IMG/VR virus record: IMGVR_UViG_3300037310_000607
Span: 1-56,023 of that record
Length of the DNA: 56,023 nucleotides
Source: a virus
Taxonomy: Duplodnaviria; Caudoviricetes
Strand: one strand, 5' to 3'
Positions 18,860 to 27,357 of this stretch are shown in pieces. Every line of letters begins with the position of its first letter. The stretch's first letter is position 1. The notes beneath the pieces are model-generated. The model saw nothing but the letters and a program-made list of their open reading frames with translations, had not been told where the DNA came from and ran no database searches. A program made the translations under genes and the position numbers.

Positions 18860-20083
18860 TCAGTACCAGCCACCGCAGACGCGGCCGTCACCGACGCTGC
18901 ACAGGCGGCAGTTGCCGTTGTTCGGGAAGAACTGGAGCGGGTTGTTGTGGGCGAACGAGCACGAGGCCCCATTGCGGGATTCGAGCTTCGTGCCGCCGGT
19001 GAGGTACTGCTCGCACGCGACGCGCTCCTCGCACTTGAAGCCCGGGCACTCGTTCCGCACCGGGCATCCGCACCGCGGTTGCCCACCCATCTCTCCCATC
19101 CCGATCGCGGTGCAGTAGTCGCAGGCGTGCGGGGAGACCTTCGGCGTGCAGTCCACGACGTTCCCGTGCGGCGTACAGCCCAGCTCCCATCGAGGCTGCC
19201 CGATCTGGTCTGAGCCCCATCCGTCGGGCAGCGTCTCAGGCGTCCAGACCTTCGGCGGCAGCGGGGCCGAGCACCCGTCGGTGGACGGCGGATCCGGCGG
19301 CGCCGTCCCGCCGCTGCCGGTGTAGGTGTACCACCCGTGAACCGTGAACGCGCCGTCGCCCGTGATGAGACACCCGTTCCCGTAGTAGAAGAGCTTCGAG
19401 GCGTTCCAGTCCTTCGAGCCAGACGAGCGCTCGATCCACAGGTGGTCCTTGAGCTGACCGTCCACGACTGCGTGACTCGCCTTGGTTCCCGCGGCTTGTA
19501 GCGCAGCGCTGATGAGCCGGTAGCCGTCGTTGATCCCGGACGGCCCAGCCGACAGGCAGTCCCCGCTCCACGCGCTCGGGCATGACGCCTGCGCGGCCCG
19601 CACGCCGTTCCACACGCCCTGCTTCCACTCGGACGGGAGCGACTGGTCGGCGGCCGCTGGCCACTCGCTATCGGATCCGACCGGCGCGCTCTTCGCCGGG
19701 TCGAGCGTCGGATTGCAGCCGGTGGTGGGCGGCGGAATCGGCTTCGGCACGCACCCGACGGCGGGGTCCTTGCACTCCTGGCCTTCCGGGCACTGCGGAC
19801 AGCTCGGCGGCGGCGGCGGTGCCGCGGGGCACTGTGCCGGCCCGCCCACCACGTCGATGACGCCCACCACGCCGCCGTTCGCGTCGTAGACCGGACAGGC
19901 GTAGAGCCAGGTCCGAGAGTCCGGCGGGAAATGCCAGCACGAGTGCGTCTGCCCCTCGACGCACTGTGGCTCCGGCGGCGGTGGTGTCGGCGGAACCGGG
20001 TCCGGCGGTGGCTTCACGCCGCAGCCCGGCAGGTAGCCTGCGAGGGCGAGGCCCATCAGCAGGCGGCGAAGAGTCTCCATCAT
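18860..20083 (-). CDS. Cys/Pro-rich predicted lipoprotein
   Basis: signal peptide ending LPGC; >20 Cys; Pro-rich linkers; GGAGGG RBS. Confidence 0.7.
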   Translation of the reverse strand: MMETLRRLLMGLALAGYLPGCGVKPPPDPVPPTPPPPEPQCVEGQTHSCWHFPPDSRTWLYACPVYDANGGVVGVIDVVGGPAQCPAAPPPPPSCPQCPEGQECKDPAVGCVPKPIPPPTTGCNPTLDPAKSAPVGSDSEWPAAADQSLPSEWKQGVWNGVRAAQASCPSAWSGDCLSAGPSGINDGYRLISAALQAAGTKASHAVVDGQLKDHLWIERSSGSKDWNASKLFYYGNGCLITGDGAFTVHGWYTYTGSGGTAPPDPPSTDGCSAPLPPKVWTPETLPDGWGSDQIGQPRWELGCTPHGNVVDCTPKVSPHACDYCTAIGMGEMGGQPRCGCPVRNECPGFKCEERVACEQYLTGGTKLESRNGASCSFAHNNPLQFFPNNGNCRLCSVGDGRVCGGWY

Positions 20084-20135
20084 GGGATCCCTCCCTCTGT
20101 GCGTTGTCGGGGACTATACCGCACCTGGCAAGGGG

Positions 20136-21125
20136 TCAGTAGTCCTCGGGCTTGCAGACGCACCCCGTCCAGTGCGAGACCTCCTTGCCGTTCGAGCACT
20201 CTTCGGCCTGAGCGTCGTAGGTCTGGACGATCCGGTCGTTGCCCGCCTTGCAGATGTAGAAGTCAGGGTCCTCGTCGTCCGCGGCCCTGAAGTTCCCGAA
20301 GGCCTCGCACTCCGAGTCGGGATCACCGGCTCCCGTGAAGGTCTCTGTCGTCCCGATGGCCGGCACCTCGCACTGCTCCTCGGAGCACTCGCACGGCGTC
20401 GTCTCGGTCGTCACGGTGCGAGACTTCTCGCGCCTCGACTTCGTGCATGAGCTGATCTCATAGCGGATGAGCGTGACGGTGCGTGACCGCCGACACGGCG
20501 ACACCGTAGCCTCGCCGAATCCGGTCTCGGTGAGGATGCGCTCGCAGGCGCCCCACTCGCCGGTGATCGTCTCCGGCTCGCCGCGCTCCTCGATCCACTC
20601 CTCCACGCACGGCGGCGTCTTGCACGACTCCGTGGCCGCCTGCGCGGTGGCGGGCTTACCGTCCTTGTCGAAGTAGCAGTGTCCGGCAGGCCGGCCGCTG
20701 ATGGGCTCGGCGTCCGACTGGTGGCAGGCCGGGAACGTCCGTCCCCACGAGGCCCCCTTCGCCAGCACCTTGCGCTCGACGCCGTACTTGGCAGGCCCGT
20801 CGAAGGACGTGTAGAACGTCTCGACCTCGGCGTGCGACGCCTCGCCGTCGTAGGCGACGGTCATGCTCCCGCCTGCGGCGCAGGTCACGCCCCAGCCCGT
20901 GCCGCTCGGCTCTCCCACGACTTGCTGCGGCGGAGGGGTCCCGGTCGCCGCGGTCGGCGCAGCGGGAGTCGCCTTCACCTCCGGCTTGCTCGGCTCGGTC
21001 GGGCTCACCCCGCAGCGGCTCGTCGCGAGTAGCGCGGCGAAGCCGGCGGCGCCGAGCGCCATCCCGACTGCGATCTTCAGGCGATCGGTCTTCCTGCGTC
21101 CGAATCCACGTCTGGTAGGCTGCAT
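20136..21125 (-). CDS. Cys-rich exported/lipoprotein-like protein
   Basis: basic n-region with TRRGF, hydrophobic h-region ending ..TSRC; many Cys; GGAG RBS. Confidence 0.65.
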   Translation of the reverse strand: MQPTRRGFGRRKTDRLKIAVGMALGAAGFAALLATSRCGVSPTEPSKPEVKATPAAPTAATGTPPPQQVVGEPSGTGWGVTCAAGGSMTVAYDGEASHAEVETFYTSFDGPAKYGVERKVLAKGASWGRTFPACHQSDAEPISGRPAGHCYFDKDGKPATAQAATESCKTPPCVEEWIEERGEPETITGEWGACERILTETGFGEATVSPCRRSRTVTLIRYEISSCTKSRREKSRTVTTETTPCECSEEQCEVPAIGTTETFTGAGDPDSECEAFGNFRAADDEDPDFYICKAGNDRIVQTYDAQAEECSNGKEVSHWTGCVCKPEDY

Positions 21126-21152
21126 GTTCAGGTTCTCCCCTTTGGAGCAGGG

Positions 21153-21182
21153 ATCAGAACCCAGCACACGTCAGCTTGTCAA
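21153..21182 (-). promoter_or_regulatory. sigma70-like promoter with operator copy
   Basis: TTGACA-N18-TCTGAT; 12/16 match to AAGCCCACGTGGGCTT at 21162-21177. Confidence 0.5.
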
Positions 21183-21189
21183 GAGCGAT

Positions 21190-21534
21190 TCAGTCGCACT
21201 TGAAGACGCGCTCGATGAGCCGCAGCGCGCGCCCGTCCTGGACCATCTTCGACGTCACCCGCAGCACGGTCCAGCCGAGGAGCTGCGCCTCGTTGAGCTT
21301 CTCGTAGTCGGAGTCTCGCATGTGCTGGCCGACCGGCTTGAGGCCGGCGGCGGTGCGCCTCACGAGGAAGCGCCCGCCGTCCACCTCGCAGGCGACCTTG
21401 TGATCCGGCCAGGCGAAGTCGAAGCGCCAGCGGCGGGGAGGGGCGAAGACGTGCTGGATCTCGGGCTGGACCGGGACCCTCGCACGCGAGAGCTGGAGGG
21501 CGAACTGGCGCTCGTACAGTGACCCGAGCTTCAC
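21190..21534 (-). CDS. PD-(D/E)XK / Vsr-like (DUF559-type) endonuclease
   Basis: RRWRFDFAWP...VACEVDGG...DYEKLNEAQLLGWTVLRVT. Confidence 0.75.
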   Translation of the reverse strand: MKLGSLYERQFALQLSRARVPVQPEIQHVFAPPRRWRFDFAWPDHKVACEVDGGRFLVRRTAAGLKPVGQHMRDSDYEKLNEAQLLGWTVLRVTSKMVQDGRALRLIERVFKCD

Positions 21535-21539
21535 GCCGT

Positions 21540-21836
21540 TCAGCCGAGCGAGCTGCCGCCTTTGGCGGCAATGATCCCACCAGGCCCGGCGTCGGCCCCA
21601 GCGGTTCCCGGCGCGGTCAAGTGCCGGCACAGGTGGCAGGTGTCCCCTTCCGCATGGACCATGAGCAGGCGGTTCGCCTGCTCCGTGACCTTCACCTTGC
21701 TCGGGTCCTGAGCCAGCTCGACGGCCTGCGCCCAGACCTTCGGGGTTACGCGGCTGCCCTTCACCAGCTCCTCGACCGGATCGAACGGCTCCGTCATCCA
21801 GCCGACGACCGTCACACCATGCGCGATCAGACCCAT
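21540..21836 (-). CDS. hypothetical protein
   Basis: 98 aa, GGAGG RBS, H...CxxC. Confidence 0.55.
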   Translation of the reverse strand: MGLIAHGVTVVGWMTEPFDPVEELVKGSRVTPKVWAQAVELAQDPSKVKVTEQANRLLMVHAEGDTCHLCRHLTAPGTAGADAGPGGIIAAKGGSSLG

Positions 21837-21864
21837 TCTGCCCTCCAGGCACCGTAAGCCTACC

Positions 21865-22299
21865 TCAGTTCGGAAAGAAGCGTCGCGCCATCGTGGCCGC
21901 CGAATCGACGACGATGCGGTACAGCCGTTTGCCGAGTGCCCTCTTTGCCAGATCCTCGACGCCCTCGTGCTCGGCGTCTCGCTGGGCGCGGCTCATCGCC
22001 TTCCAAGCCTCCATGCGCTTGTGGTCCTCGCGCTTCACGTGTGCGACCTCGTGATACGCGAGCCACGTCAGCGCGTCCGGGAATGACTCCCCCGTCATGA
22101 GCACACGGCGGTCCACCCAGATCACCGGCTCGCCGCGGTCGGCCACCGTGAAGGCCCACGGCTGCGGATAGCCGGGCTCGGGCGTGATCTCGTGCGTCGC
22201 GAAGACCTCGATGCGCGGCTTGGGAATCTGGTACGCGCGAGCGGCCTCCGTCACGCGCGCGTCGAAGAGTGCGAACTGCGCCAGCAGTGCCAGGATCAT
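21865..22299 (-). CDS. small HExxH zincin-like metallopeptidase
   Basis: LAYHEVAH; AGGAGG RBS; hydrophobic N-terminus. Confidence 0.6.
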   Translation of the reverse strand: MILALLAQFALFDARVTEAARAYQIPKPRIEVFATHEITPEPGYPQPWAFTVADRGEPVIWVDRRVLMTGESFPDALTWLAYHEVAHVKREDHKRMEAWKAMSRAQRDAEHEGVEDLAKRALGKRLYRIVVDSAATMARRFFPN

Positions 22300-22317
22300 T
22301 GGCAACCTCCTGGCCAC

Positions 22318-22347
22318 AGTGTCGCCTATCGCACGTGGGCTTGTCAA
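22318..22347 (-). promoter_or_regulatory. promoter with operator copy
   Basis: TTGACA at 22342-22347; 13/16 operator match at 22327-22342; weak -10. Confidence 0.5.
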
Positions 22348-22589
22348 GCCTTCGTCTCGTCGAGCTTGTGGTCTCCACACCAGTCGCTCGTGTAGACCGC
22401 AGGGAATCCCTGCATCGTTGGCGCGTGGCGCCGGCAGCGGCCGAGCACGCCGCTCGCCGAGGCCTCCTTCAGCACGAACCACATGCAGCTCGCGCAGCGC
22501 ATGTTCGCCGAGCGATGGCGCCAGGGGTCCTTCGACTCGGGCGGGATCGGGTCCGGGTTGAAGGGCACCGGCGGGTAATCGTTCGCCAT
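22344..22589 (-). CDS. four-Cys metal-binding protein (HiPIP-like phage family)
   Basis: CASC...GRCRRHAP...P.V...DWCG. Confidence 0.6.
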   Translation of the reverse strand: MANDYPPVPFNPDPIPPESKDPWRHRSANMRCASCMWFVLKEASASGVLGRCRRHAPTMQGFPAVYTSDWCGDHKLDETKA

Positions 22590-22592
22590 GTC

Positions 22593-22805
22593 TCACTCCT
22601 TCGGCCCTTCGATCAGGCCGTGGTGTACGAGGTTCGACCAGACGCGGCAGCAAACCTTCGCCGTCCGGCCGTCCGTCAGCTTGCGGACCTTGTGCAGCAC
22701 CATCGCCTCGTCGTCAGGGCGTCCACTGTGGCAGACCGGGCAGCAGTCGGAGACGTACCCGTGGACGGCTTCGCGGATCGTGTCGCACGTGAGCGGCTCG
22801 GCCAC
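22593..22805 (-). CDS. small Cys-rich hypothetical protein
   Basis: CCPVCH...VCC; GAGG RBS. Confidence 0.55.
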   Translation of the reverse strand: MAEPLTCDTIREAVHGYVSDCCPVCHSGRPDDEAMVLHKVRKLTDGRTAKVCCRVWSNLVHHGLIEGPKE

Positions 22806-22806
22806 G

Positions 22807-23055
22807 TCAGTCCTCGTGGAGCGGAGGCTCCGGCATCGGCGCCGGAGGCGTAGTCTCGTACTCCTCCTCGACGATCGACGTCAGCTCGTGGGTCATGCCC
22901 TTCCCTTCGAGGTAGTCGTCGAGCGTGCAGACCTCATCGGCTGCGTAGCCGAGCGCCAGGTTGCGGGCCTCGGCCTCGTCCACCGGGTCGAAGATCTCCG
23001 CCTCCCACGTCACCGTCGTCCTACCGCTGATGCGGTACAGCTTGCCTTTGCTCAC
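22807..23055 (-). CDS. small acidic hypothetical protein
   Basis: GTG start with AAGGAGG RBS. Confidence 0.5.
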   Translation of the reverse strand: MSKGKLYRISGRTTVTWEAEIFDPVDEAEARNLALGYAADEVCTLDDYLEGKGMTHELTSIVEEEYETTPPAPMPEPPLHED

Positions 23056-23434
23056 GTTCCCTCCTTGCCGCCTCACGATCCTCGTTCTGGATCTTGCACA
23101 AGAACTCGGCGTAGCGATCCGGGTCGGCCACGTAGTCGCTGCACCGGATGTTGGTCCCACGTATCACGGCGTTCTCTTCACCGCCTGTTGACTTCCCCTC
23201 GCCGCGCGCGTAGCGCAGGATCGTAGCGATCGTCGGGAAGCGCTCCTCCGACTTCAGGATCTCCTGGGTCGCGCGTTCGAGCTGGTAGTCGGTGACGCCA
23301 GCCCGGTCGAGCGTGCGGTGGTAGATCACCGTCATGTCCAGGGAGATCTTCCGGTGCAGGGCGGAGGCGAGCAGATGCAGGGCGGAGGCGACCGCCGCCT
23401 CGCTCAGCGCGTCCGGCGTCTCGAACGGCATCAC
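23021..23434 (-). CDS. helicase loader/inhibitor-like protein (lambda P / SPP1 G39P type)
   Basis: directly after initiator; RFPTIATI motif. Confidence 0.55.
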   Translation of the reverse strand: MMPFETPDALSEAAVASALHLLASALHRKISLDMTVIYHRTLDRAGVTDYQLERATQEILKSEERFPTIATILRYARGEGKSTGGEENAVIRGTNIRCSDYVADPDRYAEFLCKIQNEDREAARREREQRQAVPHQR

Positions 23435-24249
23435 GGCTTCCCGCTCGGGAGCTGGCGCTGCGCCGTCCCGCTCTTGAGGAACTGCTGGAGCACGCGCTTG
23501 TTCCCGGTCTCGACCGTCTTCGCGCTGCCCTCCGCGCCGCCCTCGTAGACCGAGCCGTCAGCCCACGCTCCGAACTTCGCGGCGAAGTCCTGGGGGCTCG
23601 CGTAGGTGGGGTCCTTCTCGTCGAGGTAGCGGCGCCAGATCGGCCGCACCTTCTCCCACGTGTGCGCCTCGACCAGCTTCGTGAGCGCGGCGCCGATCCT
23701 CCCGGGCTGAGCTGACCCCTTCCCGAAGCGCTCGTCCCAGTCGGTCGCCGCCTCGCGTGGCCAGGACTGCTTCCGCCTCGGTGGATCGAACGGCAGTCCC
23801 GGCCCCGCCGCGTCAGCGGCGGACTCGATCACCTCCTGGGGGGGTAGGGGGGGTTCTCTGTCTCTGCCTCTGCCTCTGTCTCTGTCTCTGTCTCTGGCTA
23901 GCATCCTGCTAGCGTCTGCTAGCGGCTTGCTAGCAAGCTCTTCTTGAGTCAGCGTGAGGCCGATCAGCTTTGAGGCGTCAAGTATCCTAAGTAGCTGAAT
24001 GATATCGACTTGGAAGTCAAGCCTCATCCTCCAGCGAAGCTCCTCGCAACTTGTCTCAACAACTCCTTTCCCTTCAACGACTTCGTTCTCTGACGCCATG
24101 AGCCACAGGAAGATCAGCATCACCTGGGCCTGCGCGTCGAGGATGATGAAGTCGTAGTTCTCGAAGACCTTACGGTGGATCTTGATCCAGGGCGGCCGCC
24201 GCTGGCGGTAGTGCTGGTAGTCCGAGAAGTTCGGGATCAGGATCTTCAT
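23431..24249 (-). CDS. phage replication initiator (replisome organiser)
   Basis: N-terminal NFSDYQHYRQRRPPWIKIH; central iteron/low-complexity linker; helical C-terminal domain. Confidence 0.75.
   Translation of the reverse strand: MKILIPNFSDYQHYRQRRPPWIKIHRKVFENYDFIILDAQAQVMLIFLWLMASENEVVEGKGVVETSCEELRWRMRLDFQVDIIQLLRILDASKLIGLTLTQEELASKPLADASRMLARDRDRDRGRGRDREPPLPPQEVIESAADAAGPGLPFDPPRRKQSWPREAATDWDERFGKGSAQPGRIGAALTKLVEAHTWEKVRPIWRRYLDEKDPTYASPQDFAAKFGAWADGSVYEGGAEGSAKTVETGNKRVLQQFLKSGTAQRQLPSGKP
23856..23934. repeat. putative replication origin: (AGAGRC)n tract plus four GCTAGC repeats
   Basis: GCTAGC at 23897, 23908, 23918, 23929 inside the initiator gene, a lambda-ori-like placement. 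Confidence 0.65.
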
Positions 24250-24288
24250 GGCCTCGCTCGCGCTCCGCTTGCCTCGTGCTCGTGGGAT

Positions 24289-24326
24289 GCTTGCGACTGC
24301 TAGCAACGCGCTAGCATCTTGCTAGC
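24289..24326. repeat. phased GCTAGC repeats upstream of initiator
   Basis: GCTAGC at 24299, 24310, 24321. Confidence 0.65.
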
Positions 24327-24440
24327 GTGCCCTCTGAAGAGCCGGCCTCACCGCCCGGACGGGTGGCACCGTCGGGGTTGAGCCCACGGCTGGCGGCGCG
24401 TGGGCCGGAGGTGGATGAGGCCAGCTCATCAGAGGGCACG
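24326..24440 (-). ncRNA. putative structured RNA (27-bp stem closing a three-way junction)
   Basis: 24326-24352 pairs with 24414-24440 (two G-U wobbles on minus strand, one U-U); two internal hairpins; intergenic. Confidence 0.5.
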
Positions 24441-24449
24441 TGTCCTGTC

Positions 24450-25352
24450 CTACTCGGGCGGCTCTTCGAGGTTCCCTGGCCAGGCGCAGACGCCGCAGAC
24501 GTCGAACATGGCCACGCTGTCGTCCCCGCAGCGCGGGCAGCGGTCGTGCTTCACTCCGCGCTCGGAGACGGCTTGCTCGATGACGCTCTGTCGCGCCGGC
24601 TGGATGACTTCGGTCACGGTGGCTTGCACGGGCTCAGCCGGCGGCGTCACCACCTGCCCGGTCAGCTCTGCGAGCAACGGATCCGGCAGAGCGGGCGGCG
24701 CCATGAGCCCGCGCGGGGCCGGCCCATCCAGCGCGGGCAGCGGGCCGACGCCTCCGGCCTCCACGTCGTCAGCCATCGGCACGCCGCCGAGTGGCTCGGG
24801 GAAGTGGAAGCGCCCCAGGTCCCCGATCGCCCGCCACTCCAGCATGTTCCCTCGGCGCGTGGCCCAGGGTCCATCCTTCGTCAGCAGGCCCGCGGCCTTG
24901 GCGTCGGCCAGGCTGAACGTGCGCGTGAACGGCTGGTCGTATCCCTTGCGGAGCGCCGTCGCGATCCCTCGCGCGTTCGCCTTCATGTCGTAGGGATCGC
25001 CCTCGACCCAGCTCTTGAAGGTGCCGGGCACGACGAGGCCCGACGACTGGATCAGCGCAACGGCGGCCCAGCCTCGCCAGCTCAGGACCCCGTTGATGAC
25101 GACCGCGGCCTGGAGCCCGCCCATCACGCCGAGCCCGCGCTCCATCCCCGCCTGGATGGCGATCGCCGCCATGCCGATGTTCATCCCCTTCGGAGCGGCG
25201 TTGCTCTCGACCGCCATCTTGGCGAAGCGGAGCAGGTCGTCCATGCTCTGAAGGATCAGCCCGCCCTTCGTCATTGCCACCTGCGGGCGAGGCACAGGCT
25301 TCGCCACCACTGCCACTGCGCCCTCGGGGTTCGTCCCCGTGGTGTCGCTCAC
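24450..25352 (-). CDS. RecT/Redbeta-like single-strand annealing protein
   Basis: AIQAGMERGL, AVVING, GPW...NML..RA....R..FPE.LGG motifs; follows RecE-like gene; C-terminal CxxC..CxxC. Confidence 0.7.
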   Translation of the reverse strand: MSDTTGTNPEGAVAVVAKPVPRPQVAMTKGGLILQSMDDLLRFAKMAVESNAAPKGMNIGMAAIAIQAGMERGLGVMGGLQAAVVINGVLSWRGWAAVALIQSSGLVVPGTFKSWVEGDPYDMKANARGIATALRKGYDQPFTRTFSLADAKAAGLLTKDGPWATRRGNMLEWRAIGDLGRFHFPEPLGGVPMADDVEAGGVGPLPALDGPAPRGLMAPPALPDPLLAELTGQVVTPPAEPVQATVTEVIQPARQSVIEQAVSERGVKHDRCPRCGDDSVAMFDVCGVCAWPGNLEEPPE

Positions 25353-25362
25353 GGCCCACCTC

Positions 25363-26205
25363 CTACTCGCTGGAGATCGTCTTGTACACCCAGCCCGGGA
25401 GGCCCAGCAAGTCCACCCCCTCGGGATACCCTGGCCAGTTGCCGGTGCGCTTGCACTCGGCCCACGTCTTCGCGTACCGCTGGTAGCGGTCGCGCCCCCA
25501 CTGGAGCGGCTCCTGGTCCGCCTCCCAGACCTGCACGCAGAACGGCGGCTCGCTCTCGCAGGCGAGCCACATGAACCGCCGGTAGTGGCCGCCGTCCGGC
25601 ATCGGGCGCAGCACGTCGAGCCCGTCAACGTACATCGAGGCCTGCTCCCAGTAGCCGAAGCGGTGCGCGGCGCGCTCGAAGTTGAAGCGGTCGGCGTGCT
25701 CGCAGCTCTTGAGATCGAGGATCACGGGCCAGCCTTCGAGGCTCGTCACCCGGTCGATGCGCGCCTTGAGGCGCAGGCCCTCCCAGTCCCAGACGAGTGA
25801 GACCTCGTTCGCCCCCTGCCCGTTGAGCAGCATCCGCGCTGTCTCGTGGCGTGAGACCGACTCGCGGATTCCGTTGATCGCTTCGCGCTCGTCAGGCGTG
25901 AGCAGGACCTTGCCCTTGTGCTTGGCCTCGAACGCGGACCATGCCAGCTTGCCGGCCTTCGTCTTGCGCTCGGTGCCTTCCGGGACCGATGCCACCTCCA
26001 GCTCGAAGCGGCTCGGCTCCAAGAGCGCCAGGTGCAAGGCCCACCCGAATTGCAGCGACTTCGACGTGCGCTGGTGCGTGATCGCGTGGCGCGCGTGCGC
26101 TGGCGTCTCGCGGAAGTGGATGAGCGACGAGTGGTTCATCGCGTCCCACGTGGCGTACTCGTCGTAGCTCACGCCAGGGTAGACGCCCGGCTTCTGCTCT
26201 GCCAT
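25363..26205 (-). CDS. RecE/exonuclease VIII-like PD-(D/E)XK nuclease (DUF3799 type)
   Basis: FGWALH, EVS..W, KARIDR, ILDLKS, YWEQASMY, WPGY. Confidence 0.85.
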   Translation of the reverse strand: MAEQKPGVYPGVSYDEYATWDAMNHSSLIHFRETPAHARHAITHQRTSKSLQFGWALHLALLEPSRFELEVASVPEGTERKTKAGKLAWSAFEAKHKGKVLLTPDEREAINGIRESVSRHETARMLLNGQGANEVSLVWDWEGLRLKARIDRVTSLEGWPVILDLKSCEHADRFNFERAAHRFGYWEQASMYVDGLDVLRPMPDGGHYRRFMWLACESEPPFCVQVWEADQEPLQWGRDRYQRYAKTWAECKRTGNWPGYPEGVDLLGLPGWVYKTISSE

Positions 26206-26206
26206 G

Positions 26207-26392
26207 CTACTCCTCGCTGGGGCGGGGCATCGAGGGGTCCTCGGGACCGCACGCTGGCCCGCCTTGTGCGGCAGTCGGCTCGGGACCGCCCCAGTTCCAG
26301 GGCTCCTCGGCCTGGGCCTTCCTGAACTCGCCGCGACCGATCGCCCGGCAGTTCTCCTCGTAGCTCAGCTCGGGCGACGTGAGCAGCCTCAC
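26207..26392 (-). CDS. small hypothetical protein
   Basis: GTGA overlap with the M15 stop; fills gap. Confidence 0.4.
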   Translation of the reverse strand: MRLLTSPELSYEENCRAIGRGEFRKAQAEEPWNWGGPEPTAAQGGPACGPEDPSMPRPSEE

Positions 26393-26754
26393 AGGTCTGC
26401 CTTGCCTTCGCCGTAGCTCACGTGGTTCGGGTCGTTGAAGCGGACGCCAGAGACGCAGAGCGGGTCGTACCCCTCCCAGATCCCCTGGAGCTGGACGTAG
26501 ACTGCATGGTTGCCGTCCCGCAGGTACTCGCCGTCCTTGTAGATCAGCAGGTCTGCCGCCAACCCCCTGCGGTGGAAAGACTTGCGGATGTGGACGGCAT
26601 CCTCGACGAGGACACGCTCGGTGCCCAGGCGCGCAGCGCGGGGGGAGTGGATCGTCACCTCGTCGAAGGCTACCTCGTACCCCAGCCCCCGAAGGTCCCA
26701 CACGAGCCGGCAGAGCAGCTCGGTGAAACGGCAGCGCGCCTCTCGGCGCGTCAT
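26389..26754 (-). CDS. M15 family peptidoglycan peptidase (endolysin-like)
   Basis: SFH..GLAADL...DPNHVS zinc-ligand pattern. Confidence 0.75.
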   Translation of the reverse strand: MTRREARCRFTELLCRLVWDLRGLGYEVAFDEVTIHSPRAARLGTERVLVEDAVHIRKSFHRRGLAADLLIYKDGEYLRDGNHAVYVQLQGIWEGYDPLCVSGVRFNDPNHVSYGEGKADL

Positions 26755-26960
26755 CGGCGCGGGCTCCGCCTGCGCTTCAGGATCCGGCGCTTCATCTCCT
26801 CGCTGCGCTGCTCCTCGGTCATGCCATCCCAGCTCGCGGAGCCGGCCTTCGACGCGAGGCGCACCCGCTCGTCCTTCGTCATCTTCGCGTAGCGCTTGCG
26901 GATCATCGCCGAAGCGGCGCGCGACACGGCGTCGTCCGTCGGAGGCTTCCTCTTGCTCAT
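26751..26960 (-). CDS. small basic helical protein (candidate nucleic-acid binder/regulator)
   Basis: repeats MTKDERVRLASKAG / MTEEQRSEEMKR; AGGAG RBS. Confidence 0.6.
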   Translation of the reverse strand: MSKRKPPTDDAVSRAASAMIRKRYAKMTKDERVRLASKAGSASWDGMTEEQRSEEMKRRILKRRRSPRR

Positions 26961-27196
26961 GCCTGATTCTCCTGTGCGCGCTCACGATAGTATGAAGCCC
27001 GCGTGGGCGTCAAGCGGATTACGCGCCCGACGCTCGGCCTCGCATGGTGCAGCAGCGCGCCCCAGCGCTCGTGATACCGGATGAAGCGCTCGACCTTCTC
27101 CTGGCGGTAGCGGAGCAGCCGCTCGGTGGCGAGGCGCTGCGCGTGCCCGCGCACGTCGTCCTCGCCCAGCAGCGCGTCGATGAAGGCGGCGATCAT
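26957..27196 (-). CDS. early hypothetical protein
   Basis: ATGA-coupled chain. Confidence 0.5.
   Translation of the reverse strand: MIAAFIDALLGEDDVRGHAQRLATERLLRYRQEKVERFIRYHERWGALLHHARPSVGRVIRLTPTRASYYRERAQENQA
26984..27013 (-). promoter_or_regulatory. promoter with the best operator copy
   Basis: TTGACG-N18-TATCGT; 14/16 palindrome match at 26995-27010. Confidence 0.55.
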
Positions 27197-27357
27197 GCCG
27201 CGTTCCTGGCCGTGAGCTGCGCGCGCAGCGCCTCGGCTGCGGCTTCGGCGGCGGCCTGCGACTGGTAGACCTTGACCGTCGTGTGCCCGTTCATCACGAG
27301 CCAGAAGCGCCCGCTCGGCCCCAAGTATGGGACCACCATCACTCGATGGACCTTCAT
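27193..27357 (-). CDS. early hypothetical protein
   Basis: ATGA-coupled, GAGGAGG RBS. Confidence 0.55.
   Translation of the reverse strand: MKVHRVMVVPYLGPSGRFWLVMNGHTTVKVYQSQAAAEAAAEALRAQLTARNAA

Noticed and set aside
23856-23895. (AGAGRC)n tract as a phase-variation locus
   Set aside because: The 6-nt unit preserves frame; such linkers are common next to origins in phage initiators
24414-24440. CTGATGAG on the minus strand suggesting a hammerhead ribozyme
   Set aside because: No GAAA core strand follows, and the motif is paired inside the long stem
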